A DNA stretch of 64,000 nucleotides from Basidiobolus meristosporus CBS 931.73 (Eukaryota; Fungi; Basidiobolomycota): contig MCFE01000024.1 in NCBI GenBank assembly GCA_002104905.1, positions 1-64,000 of the forward strand, given 5' to 3'. Positions 1 to 13,000 of the stretch are shown piece by piece. The notes below the pieces were generated by a model. The model was not told the origin of the DNA, did no database searches, and saw only the letters and a list, made by a program, of their open reading frames with translations. The translations under genes and the position numbers were made by a program. How positions within the stretch are numbered: position 1 is the stretch's first letter; each line of letters opens with the position of its first letter.

Positions 1-2402
1 ATATTCTGCCAGAATAAGCAGGATACATGAAATTTGCTTTGGTCATGGAAATCTTATTATATTATAAGACTCACATACTTCATTCTGATAGTGAAGGGGG
101 CTCAAATATGGGCCTAGACACACCCATTTATGACCAGCCATATATGCAAAGTGCAGGGTAAGAATATATATTATTAGGTTGTTTAGGGCAAGAATTAGGT
201 ACTGTAACCCTTGGGACCAGAACCAAGAAAGAAAGAGTAGTAATTCAAGGGGATTTAGCATAGTATGGGAGCAGTATAAGGGATTGCATCCCCCAGACCC
301 CCAGAGCTCCTAACCTTTTGTAGGCTTGACTCTTACATTTACAATCCTCACCCCTAGCCATGATTAATGTGGCTGCAGATCTTTAATCTTGAAACAGCCA
401 TATTGGGTTCTTAGCTTGCATTCCCAAAATTCAGACATATTCATTAATTTCAATCAGGCCAGTTGAAATGCAGATTTTGTTTCAGACAAAGTGCTACAAT
501 TTTCTACGATGGATATGTCTGGAAGAGTGTATTGTAAATAAAGACAAGCATATTGCTTTACAAGGTAGGTCCAGTAGTAGAACACCTATTCTCAACCGGT
601 ATGCCACTGAATCTGTCACTCGTGCTTTATCAAATTGTGCGTAACCTATGGACAACTTTCTCCCAATGTACAAAATGTCATTGGCACCAGCATTTGAGCC
701 CTTCAAATCACTAATATATCTATCATGTTGTTATTGTGGAGTCTTCAAATGACACAGTAGCGATTACGATTGAGTGATTGCTCCAATAAGAACGGTACTG
801 TTCCGAAGTATGTTTGATGTGGATTACCAATACTAATATTGAGCGGTATCTTGCATGCACCCTGATACAAACCACACGAATATTACAAAGGAATAGCCTT
901 GATACAAATGGCAGAGTGGTTGACTGTTAAAACTGCTGCCCAAGAAGACCTAAAAAACCAAAATACAGTCAACCCATCCAGTAACTTGGTTGGTACTGGA
1001 ACATGAACGTGAGGTTGGACATCAAAGCATTTGATAGATAATTTATAGGAGTAACGCCAGAATTATGCAAGAATAACAATGTGGTTCAGACTATGCCGCT
1101 CAAGTGTTGCCGACTCTTCCGGGAGTGACCACGCCTTTGCACCGGTGTTCAGATCGATCCTGTTTCCTATTATATCCGATAACCATCCATATGATCTTAG
1201 CACACTTGGTCATAGTTTTGTGTTGCATATACGGCACATACTGATGAAAAACCATTCAGCTCTGTTCTTCATAACGCTTCCGTGTGCAGTGGGGAGGTAC
1301 GCAGCCAAAGGATATCAGCTAGGATCATCATGACATATAGGTGGATTTCATCGTTCACCAACTCATCATAGTCAAGGTGTTACACAACTGCTTCTATGAC
1401 AGGATCAATGCCGCGCTTTCTAGTTCTGACATAACAATGACCAGCGTCTCGCAGATCGGTCAAACACAAACCTCGGCTCTTAAGATGATGTTACCGCTGA
1501 TGTGGCCTTTATTCTCCTACAATCAAGCCATCGATGTTTCTGTTAATCATCGCAAATCCACCCGAACCCCGGGGTGGTTTTCTTAGAATCTCACCCATTT
1601 GTTGGTCATCATAGCATACATTTACTGAGCCCAACCCCAAAAAACCACTACCAGTGTCCCTCGGTGTTTCCCAAATAGGAGGAGTCTCCTAGTTTGGAGC
1701 ATGGCTTGGATCAATACAGTCACATATGTTTTGAAGGGAGCCAGTGATTGTATATTTTGGGTCCTGCCATCTATGAATATGATGGTGGTAGCCAGTCAGA
1801 GATGCACACTCCACCTCCTCATTGGCCAGGTGCAAAGGCTTCGCTGCAACGTCCAATCAGCCCCCTCACCAGTTTGATGATTTACAGAATTTGAAAAATA
1901 TCGAGCTCACAACGCGGAGACTATTCCGCGAATGAGGGTGACCGCTCCCTGGATTGGGCCAATCGTCTCCTGTCTTAAGCATCATACACGGTCTCACATA
2001 GCTGCTGAGGAGTCGGTCATTTAGGCTTTGGTTAAAAATAATTCCTTGTTGGACATGTGGCATGCATTTCGTTGGTGAGTGCGCAAAAATAAATCATCAC
2101 GGCCTCCATTATTCAATGTCTTGTCAGCTAACTGGGATCGGTAGGAGTGTCTAGATACCATTGGCTCCCACCATCAACAGTCCTCCTGTCTGGCCATCTA
2201 ACGCAAGTATCACAGGCAGATTTGGCTCAAGTGGATAATTATATTGGGGCAATAATCATATTTATTCCGCATTGATTGATTCAAGGGTAATACACAAATG
2301 TCAAGGACTAGCTTTTTGGATCGCCACCAAAACTATAAATACTCTATGACTGCCCTTCTGATGCTCATCAACTTACGTACGGATTTTCGTATTTCGCCCA
2401 CA

Positions 2403-2765
2403 ATGTTAAAGCAAACACAATCACCCCATCCGAAGTTTACCACTCAGACAAAGCATAGTTATCTCTCCACCCCCAAATCACCGCAAGTAAAGTCACAGGA
2501 AATACCCAGTTCGTTCGAAGCGATTATAGAGCGGCTGAATCAAAAGTCATTTAACCTTAATCGAATCCCAACCATCCCGCTCTCTCCGCCTGAGAGTGTT
2601 TGTGACGATTCTGATTTTGAACTCGAGTTTGAAGACGAGGAGCGCGATCCTCCATTTGACCACAAAACCGACCCTCGCGTCCGCGATTACCACAATCGAC
2701 TTTACAAACGTTACAATGGCATGATGTGCTATTTTCGCAAGCAATCGGCCACTTACTGGAAGTAG
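2403..2765 (+). CDS. Orphan hypothetical protein, ~120 aa (PLSPPES motif, acidic tract)
   Basis: Open frame 2298-2765. A TATAAATA at 2334-2341 makes the ATG at 2403 (context acaATG) the likely start. Composition is protein-like; no family recognised. Confidence 0.5.
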   Translation: MLKQTQSPHPKFTTQTKHSYLSTPKSPQVKSQEIPSSFEAIIERLNQKSFNLNRIPTIPLSPPESVCDDSDFELEFEDEERDPPFDHKTDPRVRDYHNRLYKRYNGMMCYFRKQSATYWK

Positions 2766-5700
2766 GTGACCGATGCAACCTCCTTCATACGACGAAATTT
2801 ATATAGTCCACCCAAGCCACCCTTTCGTTCACACTGTCGTATTGTCTATAGTTCCTTGTGTGCTTGCATTTTGTACTTATATATTGATATTTTTTCCTGT
2901 AATGAATTCTTCAAGATCTAAGTATAGCAAGTTGGAGTTCTACGTTTTCCCCGACCATTTAGACTTCATTGTCTAAACCGCTCAAAGCTACTTGCAACTG
3001 TAACGCTGTTCATATCCTTCTCCCCCTGAGACCCTACGCCATTACCCCCATTCTCATCTGAATTAATCAAAATTACTAGAAGTCCTCTTGTCACCTTCCA
3101 ATCTGATGGTGCCATGTGCCAAAGTGCACCTTTGCATTTGTACCATATCGTATGGATTCACCAGCCCTCCCAATAAACGCCCCACTTATAGGAACACATT
3201 TATACTCAGACAGACAAGCCTACATCGAATTATAGTATCCAGGTTTCTTTCGCTCCTCGTACAACACGCCTTGTTGATACGATACGCGTGAAAATGGAAT
3301 TCGTAAATAGAATGGCACAACGCTTCAGATGACCATAAATTCCAGTCTCGTGAGATTTTCTGTAACGAAGTCGCGTCAAGGACAAGCCCTTCGTAATGGC
3401 GTGAATATACAACGATGTTTGATCATATTAATACAGCAGCTGCAACCGAAGGATGGGAAACAAGAAATACATCGGAATGCAGGTTTGTAACGGCCGTATA
3501 ATAGTGTAGACTGGATTGATTGGTGAAACAACTCAAGAATTAATAAGATAGGCAAGTGCAGCATCCACTCTGCATCTTGCAAGTTCATCTTGGCAGACCA
3601 ATCGTGGAGCGCCATCCCTAAGGTTCCAGATACCAGTTTAAACATCGTATGAACTTGATTGATACGCCTAGGCCTCCTGATTTGTTAAATTCCTCCATGG
3701 CAGCTGGATGATTGTATCGTGATCGCAAAATGATTTGATGCGGATTCTCTTTGATGTAGAGAATCAAGGAGCCTGTATACAACCCTTGCACCTACGCTTT
3801 AACTATGAATGTCCCATTGACGATGATAAGCACCATATGTAAATAACTAAAAGCATCTCCACAATTACATGGTTTCCATTCATCAAGTGCACTACGTTGA
3901 ATCCATGAGATGAATACATAAGCGATCTATATCGAAGACTCATTGCTCGAATTACAGGTATACTACGGCCTATCAACCAAGGCTGAGTGAACACTGAGCC
4001 TTCTCTACGGGCTGTGTAGTCCATATCTGCGTGTTCTCGTGCGGTCAGGATTGCCTCAATCGCATCCCTGTATTCAAACTATGGGAAAATTGTAACGAAA
4101 CAAACTCCCATCCATCTCAACTGATGGATTAATCTAATCATATTATAAAGAGCAAATCACACAAATTTGGGGAATATAGCATACAACTACCACAAACATG
4201 TCAGCTACCCTCAGCCATACTCGTGGGCTCAGATTGATGTATAAGAGTATACATGCGTAGCAATTTCACCAATTAGGCAATCTATGGCTATGGATAGGTG
4301 CACACTGGATAAGCCACCGAGCAAGCGATCCGTTTAGAGGAAGTTGCAATGCAGTACCATGTATTGATTCATTGACTTCCAGGCTGGGCATGTTTCAACT
4401 CCACACGAGTTTTTCCGAATTCTCCCGGATCGTAGCATTGTCAACACTTGCCATATGCAGGATCATTCTATTATGATGAGTGTGGAAGGTACGAGAATCG
4501 CAGAGTTCCCTAATACCCTGCTGCCAGAAAGGGGTGGCATATGTCGCTGGACGGTTACAAACTGAGGGACTGAAGATTCCAGAAGCCTTACAAACTTGGT
4601 AATGCAGTGGGATACGAGGAATTGAGGGTGTGTTGTTTGGCTGCATGACTTTTTGAGGTATGACTGTTTCCCATATGCTATGGTAAAAGCGGATGCATAT
4701 CGTAAAAAGCAAACTCACCGCTGTTTAAATTCCTGAACCATCTGGTGACTTCCAGAGCCTTTTATGTATAGGTAGAGTATTGGAGATCTGGAAGTGATCA
4801 GGGGAGTTAGAGTGCATGGCCTCCACTTGCTAATTTACTAACGGAAGCTAAGAGGTTTTGCCAGAACCTCTTAATGTTAGCCTTACGAGACGACTGAACA
4901 GATATTGAGCTACTTTGAGCACTATATTTCCAACATTTCCACAATCATTAAGAATCATTAAGATTATGAATATCACCCTGAGAACCAGTGATTATCAAAT
5001 AGCTGAAGATCTCCTCTCTTGCCTGCTGCTTGCTGCTGTCTATCTGACTGTCTAATAAATGTATAAGTACTCCTTGCCGTAGCTTCAACTTCTTGTGATC
5101 TCGACCTTCACATTTTCTATATGCCAGTTTTCCTCAAACTAAAGCCCTATTGACCTCCACGACTTAATTGAAGGTATGTTTTTCATCAAGAAACTAGAAT
5201 GTCGTTGTCTTGTATCACATACCTAGTCAGTTTTGTTTAATCTTCCGTTTTTACATCCAACGAACCATTGATTGAATTAAATATTTGTGACAGATGAGAG
5301 TTGCAGTAGGCCACAGCTTTACATTCTGTGTGCTCAAGCACCAGCTAACTAAGGCAAAATTCATTTTTCCACTTTGACTATTTGAACAGTGTTGTTAAAA
5401 ACAGACATGTCTAAAGGAAACTTGTACCAATGCATAAATCTGACACCAGAAGTGTAGTGATGCACTAATTGAAACTTAGGACAAAGAGCACTTCTCGGTA
5501 CCCAATGCATAGAGCCTGGGACACTCCACAAGTACTGTAGCTTTAAATTCGATTATAAACATGTTTAATATGGCATCGGCTTGAAGGTTCTTCACGACAT
5601 CGTAATATATTACCATCTCCTAGTAACAAATTTTTGGACACCAACTATATGAATACAGCTGGCATGCTACTCTTTTACACCAGACTCTACAGTGCCAAGA

Positions 5701-6742
5701 TCCCGTCACATGCAAAAAGAATAAAATATACTGGTCAAACCGGTGTATTTCTCTTCATGGATAGTGATATGTCCGGGGATGCATCATCGCTAGATAATGG
5801 AGTAGAAAATTGTGACGAAATTCCGGTATTGATGAAGTTTGGCAGGATAAGAAATGCAGAGTGCGAGGCTCTCTGTCAAGTCTTGCATGATGGACAGTGG
5901 ATATAGCTGCACCATTGGTGCTACTCATCGTAAATGCACTGCTAGTCGATAAAATACTATTGTCTTCAAGTTGGCGTAGCACCAGAAGGTGCAGCGAGAT
6001 AGTGTTGGTAATGTAATATAACCGCTCGCAATAGAGCGACTTATGACAAGCTTGCACCTGTTTAGATTATAACCCATAGCAGTAAATCAATGGTACCAAA
6101 ACGACACCAAGTTTCATCAGCCAATACAATTTAGCCTCATTACGTCACTCGGGTACTCATCGGTTTTTGCACTCCGTTAGCCTTGATGTGTCGCTGGCTG
6201 AGAGAAACTGGCATTGGTGTTCTGGATGCCACAAAATATTCAGTAATACTACGCCCACCGCCAATGAAAAGCCTCCACTGATGTACCGCTGCGGTCATTC
6301 TGGGGTAGGGTCATAGGCAACCAGTACGATGAGGTTGGCCGAGCTAATCAATCAAACCATCAATCGATTGATTGCTGTAGATGGCGACAAAGTCTGATGT
6401 TTCATTGTTAAGGCTGCAAGTTGTAAAAATGGCTGGCCAATTACTCCAGCTCGATGCCAGTGGTATGAGGTAATATTACAGGATGATCCTACATAAACAC
6501 TCCATACTCATCCAAAATAATGATAGCGTGAGAACCATTGCCAAATATACATCTCCAGGAACACAGACAACTACATTCAAATAGCTTTATTCAGATGCAC
6601 CAATATCCTTCGTCAACAAATCATCACATAAAGTAAACATGAACATAATGATGTATTGATGACTTCAAGCCACCGCCAAATATATAAATACAACGACCCA
6701 GAAGGTTGCTCAATTACAAAGTAAAAGTAGTGAACTTCTACA

Positions 6743-6943
6743 ATGCCTCGCCACAACTCTTTCGTCGAACCCGAATCCTTCGACCACACTCACTTTACCA
6801 TCGACCCAAGGTTCGAAGTCGATTGTGTTGATGAGGGCTTTGGCTTGCACGTACGGGAGCGACCAGAACAAATCACCGAGCACGATCATTCATCGGCCAG
6901 CCACAGCAACCCTGAAGACGTGGAGACATACGTATGTCATTAA
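6743..6943 (+). CDS. Small hypothetical protein, 66 aa
   Basis: TATATAAATA at 6681-6690, acaATG start and GC3-rich codons. No homology recognised. Confidence 0.3.
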   Translation: MPRHNSFVEPESFDHTHFTIDPRFEVDCVDEGFGLHVRERPEQITEHDHSSASHSNPEDVETYVCH

Positions 6944-8123
6944 CCGCAATTTTACGCTTCTAGATGGTCTTCTGGCTCCACTAAACAGCCATTGTATGTT
7001 AATGTGTAAATAGCTTCCCCTAATCCTGGTGTGAGAGTACACAGAATATCGGTACGGGCGATGCGCTCTTCAATAGATAAGGGACAATGTATTGGACCCA
7101 TATAAATAAACGCTTTAACCAACTCTGCTTGTGGTATCTGAGTTTTCATTAATGTATCCTGTTCTCCCACCAAGGCGCCTTTGTGGCGGAGTTTGTAGTC
7201 TTGCGATTTGAGCTACCCTGAATAGCGCACCACGGAATATAAAGTCAGCATGGAGAAATGTTCCCAATGCATATAAGCATGGTGTTCGCCCTGTGGATGG
7301 TGGATACCTCTGCCACTTTATCTCGCATAGCGATCGATTATTTCCCTCGACGTATGCCGCCATCACTTAATCGTAGTACAATCCGCCAGAATCATGAGTC
7401 TAATCGTTTATGGTATTTTGTTCTAGCCACTCTGACCGATTCAACCGCCCTGCTTCAAATGATATTTTGAGGAATGGAACATTCCGCCGTACAGCAGATC
7501 ATCAGCCAAACTCCACAAGCGTTGGAATCCATTGATAATTAATACTTCAGAATACGGGTTTCTGAATTGGCACATGCCTGAGGGAATCCATCTCTAGCAG
7601 GTAACCAGACCATACAGATGGTTACATGAATGGGCATCAGCGTTCGATATCCGGTTGTGTGAGTACAGGCGCGAGGTCTATGTGTGGTCAGCATACACTC
7701 CAATTGGATGCTGGGGATGACCGCTTTTTAAGTGTGGATTGGAATTTTCTAATTGTTTTTCACCTTTGCCTCGAACATTGCTTCACTTACACCACAATCA
7801 GGAATTCAAGGGTGCTCACCATTTTCTCCAAATGGCGGGCGATCCTTAGATGGGGGATTTTGGGGGAGAGATCTGGAATTTTTTCCATCTTGGTAATCAT
7901 TGAAAGAATAGTCCTGCTTGGGTTTGAATTATTATTGGTAAAAATATAATGTGGTGGCATCTCTTTAAATTCTCATACACCGCTTAGATACAACAGTTCC
8001 CTCGTTTTCTTCCAAATTAATCCCCGTTTCTCCTCTGTTGAAACAGTCCCCTGCCCTTTCCCCTTGTTTCCTCAACATTCCCTAACCGACTTTGCTAGCG
8101 CTCTGTTTGTAACGGCTACATCT

Positions 8124-9439
8124 ATGCGAACGCTGTTTCTCTGGTTCTTTCTTTGTTTACTTGTTTGGCCTCCAAGAATCGAGGCCCTGGACGAGTCTTC
8201 GGCATGGTCCATATCAGCTGCTTCGTTCGGTGTGGTACTAGCTATTATAGCTCTGATCATGTTCTGTAGAGGCCCAGCCTTCAAGGCTTTTCTCCGATCA
8301 TTCACGTACGATAGCGAGGAGACGGAACGATTGCTTACCGACGCAACCTTTGACAATTTGAATCCAGAGCTTCTATCGGAGCTGGAGCGTCAAAGTTTTG
8401 AGCTTTCTCGTGCCTTCGAGACCACTTACCCTCCTGGTAGTATACCCACGGAACTGACTTACGAACAAACCACGGTGATCCGGGAAAAAGGGGTGGGCGC
8501 ATGGGAGTTTGTAGCCGATTCCGATGTTAACGTGATCGTACAGGATCGGACTGAGGTATCCTTCTATGGTGGGGAGTATTGTGTCCAAACCAACCTACCC
8601 CTTCCTCGGAGAGAGTCCGTATATTATTTCGAGGTGAAAGTATTTGAAAAAGCCCCACAGACCCGTATCGGGATCGGCCTTTCAACTAAACCGTACCCGT
8701 CTTGGCGGTTTCCAGGTACGTCGGAAGTTCCACTACACATTTTTCATCAAGGGGGTAACTAAACTAGCCTCCAACAGGTCGCAATAGACACTCAGTTGGG
8801 TATCATTCCAACGGTCGGAAATATTGCAACGATCCTCTCAATGGGAAGCCATATGGTGTTCCTTTCTACAAAGGGGACGTGATAGGGTGCGGGTTTCGTA
8901 CACAGAGTGGGACCATCTTCTTTACTCGCAATGGCGTTAGGCTGGGGAGCGCGGTCACTGGAGCGCACCTCAACTTCTTCCCAACCATTGCTGCTGACGG
9001 ACCGTGCATTCTGCACGTTAACCTAGGCCAAATGGGATTTGTCTTCATTGAGGCGAATGTGAAAAAATGGGGCCTGGCTCCGTCTGTGGGTAGCATATCC
9101 CCTCCACCCGCTTATGGTACCGAGAAAAACTCTGTGCTGCTGGAATCCGGCAGCGTATTCACAGAGGCTGAGTTGGCGTCCATCAGAACGAATATACACT
9201 CCAATCCAGACCTCCGAAGATCGATGTTCAAAGATACTCCCTGCATCAACAATAATCAGCAACCCGCCTCTTATGGATCTATTGATACCACCCAACCAAA
9301 GAATTGTGTGTCTATTTCCATAGGTGGCCTCACCCCTCCCCCTGCTTATTCCTTTGGCGAATGCTCCCGCGCCATTGAAGGCCTCTCTCAGTCTGGCGCC
9401 GGCTCATCAGCTGAGAACAGTCCTGATAGGGCAGTGTAA
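8124..9439 (+). CDS. SSH4: Ssh4-like SPRY-domain membrane protein (2 exons; intron 8716-8777)
   Basis: N-terminal hydrophobic segments, then VQTNLPLP..YYFEVKVFEK..IGIGLSTKPYPSWRFPG|RNRHSVGYHSNGRKY..GDVIGCGF..IFFTRNG..FFPTIAADGPC..VNLGQMGFVFIEANVKKWGLAP, typical of fungal Ssh4. Removing the GT-AG intron restores the frame. Confidence 0.88.
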
Positions 9440-9519
9440 ACATCTGTCGGACAAGACTAAATAGTGCTACGAAACCACCTCAACGCTTCATTTCTTTGGG
9501 GATCTCAACGTGTTGTAAA

Positions 9520-10050
9520 TTACTTTTTGAAGATCCAAGCCACCATATCCGCTTTATCTTGTGCGCCCTTAACGAAAATGCCGATCAGTATATTCTTCAT
9601 AAAAGCCATTCGTTGCAGGAGTTCCACATCTGGTGTACACATACTCCATATAAACCTCGCGAATACACCCCTCTCCCACTTGCCCACGAATCTATCCATT
9701 CCACATAACAATATTACCCTCAGATGTTCACACCAGACACTTATTTCCTTGGTCCTGGCCCCACCTTGACCATCATTCCTTTTTGATATCTCTTCACCAT
9801 CACCGTCATCCTCACCCCTTAGTCCCCACGGGAATTCGTATAATAAACGACTGTACAAATGAAAGATATTCCCATCCAAACACTCACATGTCCGAGATCT
9901 TGCGATTCCATCAACGCACGGACCCTTCCATACCCGTGGTTTCGTATGGCGATCGACAGGAACATCTCCACAGTATTTAGCGCCGCCGGGATAGAGAGGA
10001 AAGCCCGATGGCTGTGAACGCAGATGCAGGTCGGCAAGGGACGTTTTCAT
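9520..10050 (-). CDS. Uncharacterised 176-aa ORF whose ATG overlaps the calpain stop codon (ATGA)
   Basis: Long ORF filling the gap between the convergent Ssh4 and calpain genes. No recognisable domain. Confidence 0.25.
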   Translation of the reverse strand: MKTSLADLHLRSQPSGFPLYPGGAKYCGDVPVDRHTKPRVWKGPCVDGIARSRTCECLDGNIFHLYSRLLYEFPWGLRGEDDGDGEEISKRNDGQGGARTKEISVWCEHLRVILLCGMDRFVGKWERGVFARFIWSMCTPDVELLQRMAFMKNILIGIFVKGAQDKADMVAWIFKK

Positions 10051-13000
10051 GGTTCAATGACTTTATTAAGCTGAATGTTTTTGTCCGAATACACGTAGCT
10101 GATGAACTTCCCCGCGAGGTTGGGTTCCCAGGTGGAGAAGATGATGAAGTAGCCTAAGAATATGGTGGGTTAGTGGCCCGTAGACTTGTCGTTATGAGAC
10201 AGCGGAATCTTTACCTCCGGCAGAAGGGGCGAGTTTAATCTCTTCGGTGACGACTCCCTGCATGTAATCTCTTAGAAACTTGTGATGCCACCTGGTTGTA
10301 TTAATATCTCACATTACCTGGACGATGTTGGTGTAGGATCCAGATGACGCGATTTCTTTACCAAAGGAGACCGGGTCTCGTTCATAAACAGCGATATGAG
10401 TTAGTGGTGTTGGATGAATAGACGGGGTCTGCAGGCGAATCCTTCAGGGAGATGACAATGTGGTGAACACTAGGCCTACGGCTTTGGGTGTATGAATGAG
10501 GGCTCACTTGATGATGGTGGTTTCTTTTACGTCTATTCGATACTTCGGGTTCCGGTAATAGTTTCTATGGTTTGGACATCCCCATGCGCTGACCCCTTGG
10601 ACCCTGAAATGAAGTTAGTATGTAGCTCAGGTTGGGCTTGAAATGTCGACATGTATTTACCATTCGCCTTTCAAGATCTTCTTGAATAGTCCCTTTAACA
10701 GATAGATTAGTTAATATGTGGCAGTTTTGGGGGCATATGAAATGAGCACTACCGCTCCTTCCACGGGAATCGTTACAGGCGTGCAGGGATGACTTGATCG
10801 GATGGTCAGGATGAATTCTCCCACTAATCTTGGTTCGTATGCGGAAGCAATCAGCGTATAATTATCGGCTATTTGTTAAGTTAGTGCAAGTTCTGATCAA
10901 ATGGTGGTTCCTCTATAGTCACCTTCGATATTGTTCATCTCCAGACAACAAAATCCATGCCGATAATCGCCTGAACTAGCGATAATATCCTTTGAAGACA
11001 CACTATCAAGGTTCGGTGCCAATTAGTGCCGAAGTCGGCCAGCTCAAGCAGACTGTGTAAACTTGCCTGGTGATGCGGAAGCCACCTCTAACCAATTTCA
11101 AATTAATGGGATAGGTTCTTGGTGCCTCCATCATAATAAGCATATCAAAGCTCCCTTGGATATTCTTGGGAACGGTGATCTTGAACTGGGGGTTGTTCAT
11201 GAACGTGACGTGCGAAGCGTTTCCACCTAGGCAACCAGAGTTGGTGGGTGAGTGCGGGCATTTAATTCAAGTCGAGCAGGAAGGTACGCACCTGCGGTGT
11301 CGTTGGTCCATTGACCAGGAACCTGAAAATATTTGAGTATTAGACGGGCGCGGAGTCCAGAAATGCCAACGTTCCGTCTACCTTCTTTTCGTACAAATAT
11401 CTATCTGGGATTTCGAAGAATTTGAAAGGAGACATGCAGAACGTCCGGATGGTATAGTTCAATGAACGAATCTTTTCATGTTGCGATAGCTAGTAACAAG
11501 AAAACACTCAGTAATCACATAGGAGCATAAGGGACCAAAGTCAAAGTGGCTTACCACGATCGTGTATTTATGGATCCCCGGTGGTGAATTAAAGCGTATC
11601 TAGGTTGGTTTAATGCTCAGTAGACTGTGTCATGCTAAACTGCCATATCCATAGAGTATACCAATATATGCGGGCTATTGACATAGATTCCCTGATAATG
11701 AAGAGAACTGTGAGAAACTCTTGAAGAACGAGAAGAGACGATGTTGGTACCCTACCTGAACTAAAGGCTTTTCGGGGTAATACACTTTGGAGCATCCGGT
11801 ATCGCCATACACGTGCAGGGTGATGTAGTCTCTATTCTCCTCTTTCACCAACACATGCTTAGTGAGTAACAACCAAACGGCAGACAATTTCTCGTGATTG
11901 ACCGAAACTTCAAGTCCGTATTGTGGGTTGTATCCTGTAGTTCAAAAGAATAAGCATTACAAAGTAGTGGCTCATCTACGCGATGGACGCGAACCTAGAT
12001 TGTATGTGTCTTTTTTCGGCCCATGATTACTCAACCAAGATCTAAAGAAATACGAGGCGACCTGAGTTAAGAGCTTCAGGCAGTCCAACAAACCAACTTA
12101 CGAGTGTAGTACATAGCGATAGGTGAAGAGCTCAGGATTCCAGTTCATGTGAATCGAATCAAAATATTTACACACCGACTCGAAATTGATCCAAAAAATC
12201 CCTTTACAAAACGTCAATTAACCTAGAGAAGTTTGGAGTCGTATGATATGCCTTACCATCATCTTTACTTCTCGCTTCGATAGGATCATAACCCAGCGTG
12301 TTTTTCAATTGCATCGACCAATTCTCCTCGTCTAAGCAGCCAAAATCCCCCTTCCAACGCATATGACTCCATGGGTTTTTGACTTGCAGAAGCCGCAACC
12401 CGTCTACTTCTCTAACATCTGGTTGAATCAGATTAGGTGGATACCAACTCGCGAGTTCATGATCCCAGAGGTCAGAAATACCTAGAACAGCATATGCATG
12501 TGTAGGGACGAGCCCAAGCTCATCGGCCTCGATCTCATCAAGTTCTCCGGTAGCAATGGTGATCAAGGCATCTCCTGTATTCAAGAAAAATCGTTATGAA
12601 AGAGCTCGCTGATGTTGGTCGTTTCTAGAAAATACCATATTTTTGACCGTCAAACATTCGTTTCCATTGGCTATCTTGGTTAAACGATTTACTATGTTCC
12701 AAGGTAACAGGTGTTAAGCAAGTCGGCATGCCTCCGATGCAAATTTCGAGTTGCTACATACTCTGTGATAAAAATGTGCTCGGGTACCCAACCAGTTAAA
12801 GCACTTCATGAATGATGAGTAGGGTTCTTGGAGATTTGCCAACCATTCTATTGATTCTACTCACTGTAAATCTATACTCGAGTTCCTAGATTCCACAGCA
12901 GAAGCAACGAATACATTAGTGAAACGGGCACAATAAATCATCTTCTTGGCATCACTTACGATCCCGGAAAATCATATCCGCCCATGAGCTTCATGTACTA

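Noticed and set aside
1-500. CpG-free window start as a defined transposon end
   Set aside because: Probably repeat-derived, but no TIR, LTR or coding motif could be assigned.
1079-6300. Several decayed coding-like stretches (1.1-1.6, 3.1-4.1, 4.4-4.7, 5.6-6.3 kb)
   Set aside because: Multiple stops and no family could be recognised with confidence.
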